64,000 nt of DNA. It comes from an uncultured Actinomycetes bacterium. GTDB taxonomy: Bacteria; Actinomycetota; Acidimicrobiia; IMCC26256; PALSA-610. The translations under genes were made by a program, and so were the position numbers. Of this stretch, positions 42,691 to 51,916 are shown piece after piece (position 1 is the first letter of the stretch; each line of letters starts with the position of its first letter). The stretch lies in the NCBI GenBank assembly GCA_963745645.1, contig CAVUYD010000009.1:1805-65804 (forward strand), in the 5' to 3' direction. A model generated the notes under the pieces. The model saw only the letters and a program-made list of their open reading frames with translations. It ran no database searches and was not told the origin of the DNA.

Positions 42691-44896
42691 CAACCGCCCT
42701 CGGTCCCGAAGAACACCGCGCGTGCCAAGTCGTCTCGTTCGAGGAGTTCCTGCGCGTCGCCTTCGAACCGCACTTCGCCCTTCTCGAGGAAGATCGCGCG
42801 GTCCGCGATCGCGAGCGCGACGTTCAGCGACTGCTCGACGATGATCATCGTCTGCCCGCCTGCCTTGAGCTGTTCGACGACTTCGAGCAGGCGCTGCACC
42901 ACGACCGGCGCGAGCCCGAGCGAGAGCTCGTCGATCATCAGGAGCTCGGGATCGTGGATGAGCACGCGGGCGAGTGCGAGCATCTGTTGCTGGCCGCCCG
43001 ACAAGCTCGTCGCCAGCTGCTTGCGTCGTTCCTCGAGCTCGGGGAAGAGCTCGTACATGCGGTCGATCCCGGCCTGCACGTCCTTGTGCGAGCTCGCGTT
43101 CAGGCGCGCGCTCACCGCCAGGTTCTGGTCGATCGTCAGGTTCGGGAACACGCCCTTGCCGCCCGGGAGCTGCATGATCCCGAGCGTGCGGGCGCGCGCC
43201 TCCGGCGACACGTACGTGATGTTGCGGCCACCGAGGCGCACGACGCCCCGCTCCGGCACCGCGAGCCCACTGATGACACGCAGCACCGTTGACTTGCCGG
43301 CACCGTTCGTGCCGAGCAGCGCGAGCGTCTCGCCCTTGTGCACCTCGAAGTTCACGCCGAACAGGACCTGCACCGGCCCGTAGGAGAAGTCGACGTTCGC
43401 GAGTTGCAGCACCGGGATCTCGGCGCCCTCGCGATTGCGCTTGTTGTACTCCTCCTGCTCTTCGAGGAGCTCCTCGACGACGAGCGAGAGGTCGTTGCGG
43501 ATGAACCGCGCACCGTTGATGAGGAGCAGCCCGCCGATGATTGCCGATGGCACTCCGAGGATGAGCACGGTGCCGCGGACGCCGACCGCGTCGACGAGGA
43601 AGCCCGGAGATGACGCCGCCGCCGAAGCCGCCGATGAAGAAGATGTACATCGTCGCCATCGCCGTGCCCATGCCGCGCAACCGGTAGGGGCACACGGCCT
43701 GGAGCACCGGGCCGACCATCGCGAAGGCGCACGTGGTGGTGATCGCCTGCGGGATCTTCCAGATCACGAACATCGTTGCGCTGTGGGTGGAGAACTGCAG
43801 GGGCGTGAAGATCGCCGACGGCAAGATGAGCATGCCGACGAGCGTCAGCGCCTTGGCGGGGTTCTGCCGGTACGACGCGGTCGAAGTACCGGCCGACGAA
43901 CGGCAGGAACGGGAGCGCGGCGATGCCCGACAGGCTCAGGATCACGCCCCGCTCGAGCAGGCTCGACGTCTTGATCGTGTCGTTCAGGTAGAAGGACTCG
44001 AGTCCGCCCTGGCTGAACAGGCCGAAGCCGAGCGCACAGAACGCCGCGAGCGAGGTCCGGATCGTCGCGATCTTCTTCAGCCGCGCGAACGCGGCTTCCA
44101 TCGAGATGGGCGCGGGGTTCTCGTCCTCGATGACCTCGCCGAGCACGTCCTCCTTCTCGAACTGCCCGCGTGGCGGTTCCTTCATGAAGAAGGCGAACAC
44201 CGCGACGATCACGACCGGGATGCCGAGGATGTACCAGGCCCAGCGCCAGCCTTCGGGTCCACCGGCCCACGTCGCGATCGCGGCGACGAGGATCGGACTG
44301 GTGATGCCGATGCCGTGCGCGCCCATGTTCATGACCGCCGACATCCGGGCGCGGATGCCGATCGGGTAGTTGTCGGCGAGCAGCGACTGATGCACCGGGA
44401 TGCTGTTCGCCTTGGCGATGCCGGCCCCGAACCGCGTCCAGAAGAGCATGAACGCGTTGAGCGCGAGGCCCGACAAGAAGATGAAGAACGCCGAAGAACA
44501 ACGACGCGATGCCGACGATCGGCACTCGCTTCACTCGATCGGCGAGCCAGCCCATCGGGACCGCGCCGAGCACGAAGAACGCGGCCGACGCGGTGCCGAT
44601 GAACACCACCGTGCCCTTGCTGATGCCGAAGGTCGTGCGCGATCTCGGGCTCGAACACCTGGATCGCGGCGCCCTCGAGCTCGTCGAACGCCAGCAGCAG
44701 CCCGAGGACGACGAACATCATCACGCCACCGCGTGCGAATGCCTCCTTGAAGCTGACGGGCGCCGAGTTCACGCCCGGGAGCAGGTCGTCCGGGAAGATG
44801 ATCTGCTCCGCGCGAACGCGCCTGGGCTTCCTCGCGCGCCTCTTCCTCGTCGATGACCGCGGCCGCGAGTGCCGCAGCACCCAATTCGTCAGTCAC
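42690..44896 (-). CDS. MFS transporter fused to a C-terminal ABC ATPase (LivF-like); frameshifted
   Basis: GWLADRVKR, SLLADNYP, GWRWAW, EPPRG (MFS). The last TM is in the same ORF as GTNGAGKST..LSGGQQQML..IDELSLGLAP..VEQS. Confidence 0.85.
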
Positions 44897-44941
44897 GCTG
44901 GTCCCCCCAAGGATGCAGGCGCGGCGGCAGCGTACCGTTCC

Positions 44942-44957
44942 CTGACACGCGTGTCAG
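44942..44957. promoter_or_regulatory. TGAC-N6-GTCA palindrome (site 3; perfect 16 bp)
   Basis: CTGACACGCGTGTCAG between the divergent MFS-ABC operon and the O-methyltransferase. Confidence 0.65.
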
Positions 44958-44984
44958 CTGTGCGCCCGGCGCTAGCTTGCGCCC

Positions 44985-45638
44985 ATGCCGAAGTCGTTCT
45001 TTCTCACCGAAGAGGCCCACGCGTACCTCGTCGCACACGGCACCCCGCCGGACGGCGTGCAACGAGCGCTCATCGAGGAGACCGGCAAGCTCGGCGGCAT
45101 CGCCAACATGCAAGTCGCGCCGGAGCAGGGCACGTTCCTGACCATGTTCACGCGCATGATCGGCGCCAAGCGCGCCGTCGAGGTCGGGACGTTCACCGGC
45201 TACTCGTCGCTGTGCATCGCGCGCGGCCTCCCGGCCGACGGACACTTGCTCTGCTGCGACGTGTCCGAAGAGTGGACGTCCATCGCGCGCAAGTACTGGG
45301 AGAAGGCCGGCGTGGACGATCGCATCGAGCTCCGCATCGCGCCGGGTGTCGAGACGCTCGAGTCACTGCCCGCGGACGAGTCGATCGACTTCGCCTTCAT
45401 CGACGCCGACAAGCCGAACTACCGCAACTACTACGAAGCACTGCTCCCTCGCTTGCGTCAGAACGGGGTCATCGGCGTCGACAACGTCCTCTGGAGCGGC
45501 GCGGTCCTCGACGACAAGGCCGACGACGACAACACCAAGGCCATCAAGGCCTTCAACGACTTCGTGGCGAGCGACGACCGCGTCGACGTCGTCATGCTCC
45601 CCTTGGCCGACGGCCTGACCCTCGCCCGCAAGCGCTGA
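44985..45638 (+). CDS. O-methyltransferase (caffeoyl-CoA OMT family)
   Basis: MQVAPEQG, VEVGTFTGYS, DFAFIDADK, DNVLWSG, DGLTL. Confidence 0.92.
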   Translation: MPKSFFLTEEAHAYLVAHGTPPDGVQRALIEETGKLGGIANMQVAPEQGTFLTMFTRMIGAKRAVEVGTFTGYSSLCIARGLPADGHLLCCDVSEEWTSIARKYWEKAGVDDRIELRIAPGVETLESLPADESIDFAFIDADKPNYRNYYEALLPRLRQNGVIGVDNVLWSGAVLDDKADDDNTKAIKAFNDFVASDDRVDVVMLPLADGLTLARKR

Positions 45639-45684
45639 TCGCGCCCGCCGCGTCACGTCGCGGCGCCACCGTGAAAGGCCGCGC

Positions 45685-46052
45685 ATGATCGTCGGGACGT
45701 TGATCGCGGAGAGTTTGCGCGTGGGGCGTGTGCTCGACGGCGTCGCGCTGGTGGTAACGAAGGTTACGCGCGCGGATGTCGGGGATGTCGACGCGGGACA
45801 GCCGCGCACTTGGACGTTCATCGAGTTCACCGCCGGAGACGACGAACGTGAGCGATTGGCCGACGCGCTGCAGCCGTGCGCTCGACAACAACGGTGGCTG
45901 GTACTGCGACTTCCGAACGGACGCCGACACCTACGTGGTGTTCGCGGGCCGCGTCTTCACATACGCGCGGGGACCGGGCAGGTCGGGCCGAAGCGGTCGC
46001 GCACGCACGCACCATCGGCGTCCCCGAGGCGCAGCTGGACTGGCCCGATTGA
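45685..46052 (+). CDS. Hypothetical protein; frameshifted
   Basis: GTLIAESLR..QPRTWTFIEF / GGWYCDF..VVFAGRVF / GVPEAQLDWPD across three frames. Confidence 0.6.
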
Positions 46053-46169
46053 CGCCACGGGCGGTGAACCGTGGACTGCGCTCGGGCGGACCTGCACGCG
46101 TGACTGTCGCGGTTCTACTGTCCGCGCGTCTCGCTTCCTTGGGGAGCGAGCGGGCGCTTGGGGGCCGGA

Positions 46170-47525
46170 ATGAGAAAGCCACTGCTCGCACTGCTCTTGG
46201 CGGTCCTGTTGGCCGGGTGCACCTGGGCGCAGTTCCGCGGAGATGCGGCCCGCACCGGGTTCCAGCCGATCGAATCGAAGATCGGACCGTCGACAGTGGC
46301 GTCCCTGTCCGAGGCGTGGACCGCCAGAACCGGAGTCGTGACGTCGGCACCGGTGGTCGCGGACGGAAAGGTCTATGTCGGCACCGACAACAGCTCCATC
46401 ACCCATGGGGGCGCCCTCCTCGTGTTCGACGCCGCGGGTCGGACGAACTGCTCCGGGACGCCGAAGGTCTGTCACCCCCTATGGTCCGCCGCGCCCGAGG
46501 GTGTCGAAGGCGGGCCGGTCGTCGTCAACGGCATCGTCTACGTGGTCGAAAAGATCGGAAGCCTCGAGGCGTATGACGCGGCAGGTCCGAGCAGCTGCAC
46601 GATCGCGAGCTCGAGCAGCTGCCCGCTGCTGTGGGGCGCCGACGTCCTCGGCGGCGGCGGCTCGCCCGCGGTGACTGGCGGCGTTCTGTACATCGCGTCC
46701 GGCGGCGGGCTGGCGGCGTTCGACGCCGCGGGCATGACGAACTGCTCCGCGACACAGTTCGGTGCCCGGAGTTGCGCTCCGCTGTGGACGGGGACGAGCG
46801 ACAGCCAGATCGGCGACGTTGCGGTCGCGGGGGGCGTGGCGTATGCCATCTCGGCGAGTGGCACTCTTCACGCGTTCGACGCCGCCGGCCAGATGAACTG
46901 CTCGGGCACGCCGAAGGTGTGCCAGCCGCTGTGGACTGCGGCGCCCTCCAGCAGCACCCCCTTGGGAAGCTCGGCACCGGTCGTCGGTGGAGGACGCGTC
47001 TACACGATGGACACGTCGGGCCTGCTCCGCGCGTTCGATGCCACCGGCATGACGAACTGTTCCGGGAGCCCGAAGACGTGCATGCCCCTCTGGACCGCGC
47101 AGGTCTCTCCGTCGACGAGCAACCCTACGGATACCCCCGCGCTGGCGTACGGCCACGTGTACGTGGGGACCGCGGTGTACGACGCGAGCGGCGTGACGAA
47201 CTGCTCGGGGACGTCGACGGTCTGCGAACCGCTTTGGAACACCTCGGGTACTGGGCTCGAACCGATCGTGGCGAACGGGATCGAATTCTCGGGTGGCGCG
47301 GTGCCGATTCGTGGGGGCCAGCCCCTCCCGCTGAATGCGTTCGACGCGAACGGCATCAGCCAGTGCTCGGGAACACCGAAGGTGTGCGCACCGCTCAAGA
47401 GCATTGATCCCGGTGGCTTCTTGGCGTCCTCGCCGGCAATCGCGAACGGTGTGCTCTACGTCGCGACCACGCTCAGCGCTGACAGCGTGATCCCCGGAAC
47501 CCTGCACGCCTACACCCCGGGGTAA
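46170..47525 (+). CDS. PQQ-like beta-propeller lipoprotein with Cys-loop repeats
   Basis: Lipobox LAGC, WAQFRGDAARTG, seven [FY]DAxG..C..C.PL[WK]-like repeats alternating with SPxVxxGxVYV-type strands. Confidence 0.85.
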   Translation: MRKPLLALLLAVLLAGCTWAQFRGDAARTGFQPIESKIGPSTVASLSEAWTARTGVVTSAPVVADGKVYVGTDNSSITHGGALLVFDAAGRTNCSGTPKVCHPLWSAAPEGVEGGPVVVNGIVYVVEKIGSLEAYDAAGPSSCTIASSSSCPLLWGADVLGGGGSPAVTGGVLYIASGGGLAAFDAAGMTNCSATQFGARSCAPLWTGTSDSQIGDVAVAGGVAYAISASGTLHAFDAAGQMNCSGTPKVCQPLWTAAPSSSTPLGSSAPVVGGGRVYTMDTSGLLRAFDATGMTNCSGSPKTCMPLWTAQVSPSTSNPTDTPALAYGHVYVGTAVYDASGVTNCSGTSTVCEPLWNTSGTGLEPIVANGIEFSGGAVPIRGGQPLPLNAFDANGISQCSGTPKVCAPLKSIDPGGFLASSPAIANGVLYVATTLSADSVIPGTLHAYTPG

Positions 47526-47567
47526 CAGCACGACGAGGCTGCGCGCAGGGCATGTGACGACACGCCG

Positions 47568-48224
47568 CTACATGCCGCGGAGCATCTTGTAGATCGGGGC
47601 CATCTTCTCCTTGGTCGAGTCGGGGAGCGGGACGAGGGGGCCGAGCGACTTGGCGCCCCACACCATCTCCGCGGTGATCTCGACCAGGTTGGCGATCTTC
47701 AGCGCGTCCCTCGGTGACTTCCCGACGGTGAGCAGGCCGTGGTTGGCCATGAGCACCGCGGCGCGGTCGCCGACCCACTTCGACACCTCGTCGGCGAGCT
47801 CCTGTGAGCCGGTGAACTGGTAGTTCGCGACGGGGACGTCACCGCCGACGAACACGTCGACCTCTTCGATCACACACGGGATCGGCTGGTGCGTGATCGC
47901 GAACATCGTGCAGAACTTCGCGTGGCAGTGGATGACGGAGTGGATGTCGTCGTACTTCTTCAAGCACGCGAGGTGGAGCGCCTTCTCGGTGGTGGGACCC
48001 CGTTCTCCTTCGAGCACGTTGCCGTCGAGGTCGGTGACGACGAGGTCGTCGAGCGTCATCGTCTCGTAGGCGAGCGACGACGGCGTGAGCACGACGTTGC
48101 CGTCGGGAAGGCGCGCCGAGAAGTTGCCCGCGGTGCCGTGCACGAGGTTCGTGCGCAAGCTCTCCTGTGCGACCCACAGCAGGTCGGCCTTGATCTCGTC
48201 GGCTGTGCCCTTCGGGGTACTCAT
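47568..48224 (-). CDS. fucA: Class II aldolase/adducin (L-fuculose-phosphate aldolase-like)
   Basis: GTAGNFSAR, TPSS, PTTEKALH, VIHCH, LMANHG. Confidence 0.8.
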   Translation of the reverse strand: MSTPKGTADEIKADLLWVAQESLRTNLVHGTAGNFSARLPDGNVVLTPSSLAYETMTLDDLVVTDLDGNVLEGERGPTTEKALHLACLKKYDDIHSVIHCHAKFCTMFAITHQPIPCVIEEVDVFVGGDVPVANYQFTGSQELADEVSKWVGDRAAVLMANHGLLTVGKSPRDALKIANLVEITAEMVWGAKSLGPLVPLPDSTKEKMAPIYKMLRGM

Positions 48225-49227
48225 GCCAACACCTCGGGGTTCACGCAGTGGATGGGTCGTTCGCCGTTGAGGAGCCGGGCGACGTCGTCGGCGATCAGCT
48301 TCGAATGGTTCGCTTCGGTGTCGTACGTCGCGCCGCCGATGTGCGGCGTGAGCACGACGTTCGTTCATCGAGCAGAGCGGATCGTCGGGCGCGAGGTTCT
48401 CGCCCTTGAAATGGTCGAGACCCGCGCCCGCGAGGTGGCCCGACTGCAGCGCGGCAGTCAGCGCGTCGACATCGTGCAGGAGCGCCCGGGCGCTGTTCAC
48501 GTAGATCGACCCTTCCTTCATCAGCGCGAACTGCTTCGCGCCCATCAGGTTCTGGGTCTCCGGTGTGACGACCGCGTGCATCGACACGACATCGCACTCG
48601 GGCAGCATGTCATCGAGCGACGTGTGCGTGGCATCCGGGTTGTAGGGGTCGTACGCGAGCACGCGCAGCCCGAGGCCTTGCAGCCGCCACTGCGTCGCCC
48701 GGCCGACGGCGCCGAGGCCGACGATGCCGGCCGTGCGGCCTGCGAGCTGCCACGCGCGGTAGCGCTGGTAGGGGATCTTGCCGCCCGCGTACACCTCGCC
48801 CGCGCGCACGTCCCGGTCGGCCGGAACCACGAAGCGATTGGCGGCGAACAACAGCGCGACCGTCATCTCCGCGACCGCGTCGGCATTCCGGCCGGGCGCG
48901 TTCGAGCACGGGGATCTTCGCGGCGGTGGCCGCGGCGATGTCGACGTTGTTGGGATCGCCCCGGCACGAACCGATCACGCGCAGGTCGCAGTCGAAGACG
49001 GGTGCGTGGACGAAGTCGGATTCGACGATGAGGATCTCGGCGCCGTGCTCACGGATGCGCGCCGCCAGCTTCTCGCCGTCCAGCAGGCGCAACGGCACCT
49101 GTTCGATCCACGGGTCGTAGACGACGTCGGCGAGTGCCTGCAGCGTGTCCATCCCCTCACCGCGGAACGGTGCGGTGACGAACGCGGTGGGACGCGAAGT
49201 CGGACGGGTGGTTGCCATCGCCGTCAT
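48221..49227 (-). CDS. serA2: D-isomer-specific 2-hydroxyacid dehydrogenase (mycobacterial SerA2-like); frameshifted
   Basis: ADVVYDPWI, RGDPNNVD, IPYQRYR, GIVGLGAVG, VNSARA, AGLDHF, TPHIGGAT, VNPEV. Confidence 0.8.
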
Positions 49228-49240
49228 CCTCGCGCGGAGG

Positions 49241-49254
49241 TGACGCCAACGTCA
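49241..49254. promoter_or_regulatory. TGAC-N6-GTCA palindrome (site 4)
   Basis: TGACGCCAACGTCA-GGTT in the 50-bp divergent gap between serA2-like and enoyl-CoA hydratase genes. Confidence 0.6.
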
Positions 49255-49277
49255 GGTTCGGAGCTAACGTCGCCGGC

Positions 49278-50206
49278 ATGCCGATCCACTACGAGCCCGA
49301 CGTCGATCACGTCGTGCTCATCACGATCGACCGCCCGGAGGCGCGCAACTCGTGCGACATGGAGCACTTCAAGCTGCTGCGCGAAGCGTGGGAACGGTTC
49401 GCCGCCGACGACGAGGCGTGGGTGGCGATCGTCACCGGTGTCGGCGAGGCGTTCTTCTCCGGCGCGGACCTGAAGCGGTACGTCCCCGAGATCACGAAGT
49501 TCCAGCAGCAGATCGCGGAGGAAGGCCTCACCGAGATCAACGGCTACCGGCTCGACGACGGCACGCGCGCCGTGCTGCGCAACTGGCCGCTGTACAAGCC
49601 GGTGATCGCGGCGGTGAACGGCTTCTGCACGGCGGGCGGCATGGAGATGCTCGGCGGCTGCGACATTCGCGTCGCGTGCCCGGAAGCGAAGTTCGCGGTG
49701 ATGGAGCCCAAGCGCGGGCTGTTCGCCGGCGGCGGCACCACCGTGCGGCTGCCGCGCCAGATCCCGTGGCCGCAGGCGATGGAGTTCCTGCTGTGCGCGG
49801 ACCTCATCCCGCGCCGAGCGCGCGCTACGAGATGGGCCTGCTCAACGCGGTCGTGCCCGCAGGACGAGCTGCTCGACACGGCGCGCGAGTACGCGCAGCG
49901 CATCATCGCGAACGCGCCGCTCGCGGTGCAGGCGACGAAGCAGAGCGCGTTGCAGGGTCTCTACTTCGACGAGGACCTGACGCGCGCAGCTGCGCGCCGC
50001 GGTGCGCGAGTTGCGCGACGCTCGTCGCCGACGGCGCCGATCCCGGCCGCGGCCGCCGAGATCCTCGAGCGGCTGCGGCAAGGAGCTGCGCACGCCGTTC
50101 GAGAAGGAGAGTCGACTCTCTCGACGCGATCTTCCGGACCGAGGACGCGAAGGAAGGTCCGAAGGCGTTCGCGGAGAAGCGCCCGCCGGTGTGGCAGTCG
50201 CGATGA
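49278..50206 (+). CDS. Enoyl-CoA hydratase family protein; frameshifted
   Basis: ITIDRPEARN, FFSGADLK, KPVIAAVNG, GGMEM, EPKRGLFAGGG, EDAKEGPKAFAEKRPPVW. Confidence 0.88.
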
Positions 50207-50216
50207 GCGTCGGCGG

Positions 50217-51749
50217 ATGACCGACCCGCGGACGCCGTGCATCATCGGCGTCGGCGCGGCACACGTGGCATCCCGACGACGTCGGTACCGAGGGCGCGCC
50301 CGAGCCGCTCGACATGTGGGAAGCAGGTCGCGCGCGCGGCCGCGGCCGACGCGGGCCGGCCGGCTCTGCTCGAGCAGCTCGACAGGCATCCAGGTCGTCT
50401 ACTGCCAGACGTGGCAGTACGACGACGCGGTCGCGCGCCTCGCCGAACCGGCTCGGCGCCGACCCGACGCACCGCCACTACTCGGGCATCGGCGGCACGA
50501 CGACGCAGCAGCTCGTGAACGCGACCGCCGAGCGGATGCTCGACGGGCGAGCTCGACCTCGCGCTGATCACGAGCGCGGAGGCGCTCGCGACGCAACGCG
50601 CGTACAAGAAGCGCGGCGAGCGTACCCGTACTCGTTCCAGCCGGCGGAGAAGCGGCCGTTCCCGTGGGAGTCGCCGCCCGACCCGATCGAGGTCGCGCAC
50701 GAGGTGTTCCAGGCGTGGCTGACGTTCGCGGTGTTCGACAACGCGCGGCGCGGCCAGCGCGGCGTCGGGCTCGACGCGTACCGGCGCGGGATCGGGCGGA
50801 TGCTCGCGCCGATGACCGAGGTCGCGGCCGCGAATCCCGCACGCCTGGTTCCCGATCGCCGCGGACGCGCGACGAGATCGTCGACCGTGCGGCCCGACAA
50901 CCGCATGGTCGGCTACCCGTACACGAAGTACATGGTCGCGGTGATGGACGTCGACATGGCCGCGGCGCTCGTCGTCGCGACGCACGAACGCGCCGACGCG
51001 CTCGGCGTCCCGGCCGACCGCCGCGTCTACCTCCGCGGCTGGTGCGACGCGACCGATCCCGTGCTCGTCGCCGCGCACCCCGACCTGTGGCGGTCGCCGG
51101 CGATGGCGGCCGCGGCCGGCAGGCGCTCGCGGGCGCCGGGCGTCGGCATCGACGACGTCGCGCCACCTCGACCTCTACTCGTGCTTCCCGAGCTCGTTGC
51201 ACTTCGCGTGCGACGCGCTCGGCATCGCGCCCGCCGATCCCCGCGGCCTCACCGTCACCGGCGGGCTGGCGTACCACGGCGGTCCCGGCGAGCGGATACC
51301 TCACGCACTCGATCGCGGCGATGGTCGAGCGGCTGCGCGCCGACCCCGGCGCGTTCGGCCTGGTCAGCGGCGTCGGCATGCACATGACCAAGCACGTCTT
51401 CGGCGTGTACTCCACGACGCCCGGCGCGCTCGCGCCGCCCGACACCGTCGCGATCCAGCGGGCCTCGACGCGAACGAGCCGGTGCCCGTGGTCGGCGGCA
51501 CGACGGGCGACGCGACCGTCGCCGCCTACTCGGTCGTCCACGACCGCGACGGAGCGCCCGAGTCGGGCCCTGCTCGTCTGCGACCTCGCCCGGCGGCGCG
51601 CGCACGTACGCGACGCTCGACGGATCCCGACGCGTGCCGGGCGCGCCGAGGAGCACGGAGCTCGTCGGCGCGACGGTGCGGCTCACGCCGCAGCACGGTC
51701 GACGGGGCCGCTCGGCCCGGCGCGGGTCAACCGGCGCGCGTCGCACTGA
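50217..51749 (+). CDS. Thiolase-like acetyl-CoA acetyltransferase; heavily frameshifted
   Basis: DPRTPCIIGVG, SGIGG, NRMVGYPYTKYMVA..VDMAAAL, DLYSCFPS, LTVTGGLAYHGGP, TKHVFGVYS. Confidence 0.8.
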
Positions 51750-51765
51750 TGCACGACGCGTGATC

Positions 51766-51794
51766 TTGACAAGGCGACGAGCCATCCGTAGGTT
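51766..51794 (+). promoter_or_regulatory. Housekeeping-sigma promoter
   Basis: TTGACA (51766-51771), N17, TAGGTT (51789-51794), upstream of the ABC operon. Confidence 0.7.
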
Positions 51795-51814
51795 CCACCG
51801 TTACACTCCGGCGA

Positions 51815-51830
51815 TGTGACCTGGGTCACA
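51815..51830. promoter_or_regulatory. CRP/GlxR-type binding site
   Basis: TGTGA-CCTGGG-TCACA, an exact match to the TGTGA-N6-TCACA consensus. Confidence 0.7.
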
Positions 51831-51916
51831 GTTCGTCAGGGTACGCACGTCACTTAGGTCTTGGCAACATCGGTCTGATACGTCGGGGTCGGCCCCGGCT
51901 GGAATCGGGGGGAACC

